Positions 61,425 to 64,000 of a DNA stretch of 64,000 nt are shown piece by piece (position 1 is the stretch's first letter; every line of letters begins with the position of its first letter). The stretch covers positions 160,001 through 224,000 of the forward strand of contig CAVPZX010000003.1 in NCBI GenBank assembly GCA_963710375.1, in the 5' to 3' direction. The notes under the pieces were generated by a model. The model did no database searches and was not told the DNA's origin. It saw nothing but the letters and a program-made list of their open reading frames with translations. The position numbers were made by a program, and so were the translations under genes. The stretch comes from Nitrospirota bacterium. GTDB lineage: Bacteria > Nitrospirota > Thermodesulfovibrionia > Thermodesulfovibrionales > Dissulfurispiraceae.

Positions 61425-62975
61425 TTATAGTGGTATATTACCGTGCTTTTTCATCGGATTTGTATCGCGCTTATTCTGTAGCAGCCCCAGTGACCTGATT
61501 ATTCTTGCCCTGGTTTTCGATGGTTCGATAATATCATCGATGTAACCGCGTTGGGCTGCTACATAGGGATTGGCAACAGCATCCTGGTACTCCTTCTCCT
61601 TTTCTGCCAAAAATGCGCTTGGATCTGGGGCTTTTTGGGCATCCTTGCCATACAAAACTCCAACAGCACCTTTTGCCCCCATCACTGCAATTTCAGCGGT
61701 GGGCCAGGCATAGTTAATATCGCCGCGTAAATGTTTGGAGGACATGACGCAATAGGCTCCGCCATACGCTTTCCTTGTAATGACAGTTACCTTGGGAATG
61801 GTCGCCTCGGCAAAGGCATAGAGAATTTTAGCACCGTTACGTATTACTCCGCCAAACTCCTGAGCGGTTCCCGGCAAGAAGCCAGGAACGTCAACAAAGG
61901 TAACAACCGGAATATTGAAACAATCGCAGAACCTGACAAAACGAGCGCCCTTTATTGAGGAGTCTATGTCGAGGACACCGGAGAGATAGGCCGGCTGGTT
62001 GGCAACTATACCGACACTCATCCCGTTATACCTGGCAAACCCGACTAAGAGATTCGGTGCGAAGTTTTCCTTAACCTCAAAAAAATCATTGTTATCTATT
62101 GTTTGAAGGATAACATCTTTCATATCATAGGCAGCATTGGGATTTTCAGGAATAATCTGGTTGAGTGCGACACTCTCCCGATCTGGCGGATCGGTGCAGG
62201 GCACAAGGGGAGGATTTTCCATATTATTCTGGGGCAGAAACGAAAGCAGTCGGCGAATATAGGCGATGGCATCAGCACCTGACCCAGCAGGATAATCAAC
62301 AACTCCGCTGCGACTGGCATGCATCGCTGCCCCGCCTAAAGTTTCTTCGCTGACATCTTCATGGGTCACTGATTTGACGACTTTCGGGCCGGTGAGAAAC
62401 ATATACGATTTATTCTGGACCATGATGACAAAATCGGTGAGGGCCGGCGAATATACCGCTCCACCGGCACAGGGACCAAAAATCGCCGAGATCTGGGGCA
62501 CTACCCCCGAGGCCATGACATTGCGTTGGAATATCTCCGAATAGCCGGCGAGACTCTCAATTCCTTCCTGAATACGCGCCCCGCCGGAATCATTCAATCC
62601 GACCACCGGAGCGCCGTTTTTCATGGCAAGATCCATTATCTTACAGATTTTTTCCGCAAAGGTTTCTGACAGGGAGCCACCGAGTACGGTAAAATCCTGG
62701 GCAAAAACATAGACAATACGGCCATCGACAGTGCCATGCCCGGTTATTACACCGTCTCCCAGGAAGACCTGCTTGTCCATGCCGAAATCCCTGCATCTAT
62801 GGGTCTTGAACATATCGAATTCCTCGAAAGAGCCCTTGTCTAAAAGCAGATCAATACGCTCCCTGGCGGTCAAAAGGTATTTTTTATGATGTTTATCGAT
62901 TCTTTTTTGACCACCGCCCAAAAGGGCTTCTTCCCTGAGTTTGCTCAGATGTTCCAGTTGGTCATCGATCTTCAT
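61425..62975 (-). CDS. pccB: Acyl-CoA carboxyltransferase (PccB/MmdA/transcarboxylase 12S)
   Basis: [61 protein letters not shown]. Confidence 0.93.
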   Translation of the reverse strand: MKIDDQLEHLSKLREEALLGGGQKRIDKHHKKYLLTARERIDLLLDKGSFEEFDMFKTHRCRDFGMDKQVFLGDGVITGHGTVDGRIVYVFAQDFTVLGGSLSETFAEKICKIMDLAMKNGAPVVGLNDSGGARIQEGIESLAGYSEIFQRNVMASGVVPQISAIFGPCAGGAVYSPALTDFVIMVQNKSYMFLTGPKVVKSVTHEDVSEETLGGAAMHASRSGVVDYPAGSGADAIAYIRRLLSFLPQNNMENPPLVPCTDPPDRESVALNQIIPENPNAAYDMKDVILQTIDNNDFFEVKENFAPNLLVGFARYNGMSVGIVANQPAYLSGVLDIDSSIKGARFVRFCDCFNIPVVTFVDVPGFLPGTAQEFGGVIRNGAKILYAFAEATIPKVTVITRKAYGGAYCVMSSKHLRGDINYAWPTAEIAVMGAKGAVGVLYGKDAQKAPDPSAFLAEKEKEYQDAVANPYVAAQRGYIDDIIEPSKTRARIIRSLGLLQNKRDTNPMKKHGNIPL

Positions 62976-63011
62976 AGTCTCTCCTTGAAAAAAATATCAC
63001 TAGTGGATTTA

Positions 63012-63027
63012 TACAAGTCTCATGCCA
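63012..63027 (-). promoter_or_regulatory. Candidate sigma54 (-24/-12) promoter
   Basis: TGGCATG-AGAC-TTGTA about 37 bp upstream of the carboxyltransferase start; -12 is GT rather than GC. Confidence 0.5.
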
Positions 63028-63121
63028 GCTTTGTTGTGACTCGGTGTTTCCTTAATTTTTCAAAGCAGAACATGAGAGCAAACGGATTTAGCCATGCCAG
63101 CCCATGGCGATCTTCATGCTA

Positions 63122-63145
63122 TATACTGCACTAAGTTGCAGTATA
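63122..63145. promoter_or_regulatory. Palindromic candidate activator site
   Basis: TATACTGCA-ctaagt-TGCAGTATA, with a weaker related site at about 63160-63174. Confidence 0.5.
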
Positions 63146-63370
63146 AGCAAATATCTGCACGCATTAAATTGCAGGACTGACTTTTACTTGTTTGCACATT
63201 AACAAAAGATTTGTAATCAGTATAGCACACAATATCGTCGGTTAGAAAAATATAAGGTACAGTTATTGCACACCTCTATAGAGCCAGACTGTTTGAAAGG
63301 GCATAAGGATCGAGAAGCCTTTTGATACACCAGCTGGTACAAATAGCATTTTCTACCCTACACCCTTCCT

Positions 63371-64000
63371 TTATTTGCCGTTTTGGGTATACAAAAAGGC
63401 AAGAAGGCTATCGGCGGCTGCAGTCGGCGAAGTCTTTTTTTCTTCCACGTTTCTTCTTAACATTGGTAATGCCTCGCGGACATGGGGGCTGGTGTAGAAC
63501 CAGTGTCGTAATCCTTCATCAATAAGAAAGGCCATCCAGTCGAGGGCTTGGGTTTTTCTTTTTTCCGCCATTTCGCCGCTGACAGTCAATTTGTCGCGAT
63601 GGTCCAGGATAGTCTCCCAGATTTTGTCAATTCCTTTGCCTTCCGCGGCGCTGCAGGTAAGAACTGGGGGACTCCAATTCGGGCTGTGGGCCATGAGCAT
63701 GTGCAAAGCCGTCTGATACTCCCTCTGAGCTATCTCAGCCCGCAACAGATTGTCGCCGTCGGCTTTATTGATGACAATGGCGTCAGCCACTTCAAGCACG
63801 CCCTTTTTTATTACTTGAAGTTCGTCTCCCGCTCCGGCAATCATCAGCACCAGAAAAAAATCGACCATGGAGGCGACGGTGGTCTCCGATTGACCGACGC
63901 CAACCGTTTCGATTATCACAACATCATAGCCAGCGGCTTCGCAGACGAGCATGGTTTCTCGGGTTTTTCTGCCGACACCGCCGAGAGTTCCACTTGTTGG
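63371..64000 (-). CDS. meaB: Methylmalonyl-CoA mutase-associated GTPase MeaB (5'-partial)
   Basis: [39 protein letters not shown]; frame open to the window end. Confidence 0.93.
   Translation of the reverse strand, partial: PTSGTLGGVGRKTRETMLVCEAAGYDVVIIETVGVGQSETTVASMVDFFLVLMIAGAGDELQVIKKGVLEVADAIVINKADGDNLLRAEIAQREYQTALHMLMAHSPNWSPPVLTCSAAEGKGIDKIWETILDHRDKLTVSGEMAEKRKTQALDWMAFLIDEGLRHWFYTSPHVREALPMLRRNVEEKKTSPTAAADSLLAFLYTQNGK

Overview
Bacterial chromosomal window of moderate GC from an anaerobe with a Desulfobacterota/Nitrospirota-like gene set; Thermodesulfovibrionia is my best guess, but this is inference only. (1) 1-13.5 kb is an extracellular-electron-transfer locus: lipoprotein, PpiC/SurA-like chaperone, 26-heme and 16-heme doubled-CXXCH cytochromes, NHL beta-propeller, a divergent trio (lipoprotein plus two HAMP membrane proteins), a hexaheme OmcS-family nanowire cytochrome with Lys in place of the inter-subunit His16, and System II maturation genes (resB/ccsA). 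(2) 13.5-42 kb holds housekeeping and signalling genes (tsaD, nupC, dedA, HDOD/GGDEF, zapA/zapB, slt, aroC, glgB, hpnJ, two HD-GYP, pilT/pilU, rplM-rpsI-argC) and a GEMM-I cyclic-dinucleotide riboswitch upstream of an unknown 22-aa-repeat protein. (3) 42-49 kb is an accessory patch with a DUF433/DUF5615 TA pair, a second candidate TA pair, mpg and an unannotated 20-aa Lys-rich peptide gene. (4) 49-64 kb is a minus-strand propionate/TCA block (meaB, transcarboxylase-like 12S/small/5S-biotin, prpC variant, acnA, prpE, sdhCAB). At least four families of MITE-like inverted-repeat elements and several hexamer/heptamer palindromes are scattered through the window. No rRNA, tRNA, CRISPR array or intact transposase was recognised. 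All family calls come from motif recognition and recall; no database search was run.
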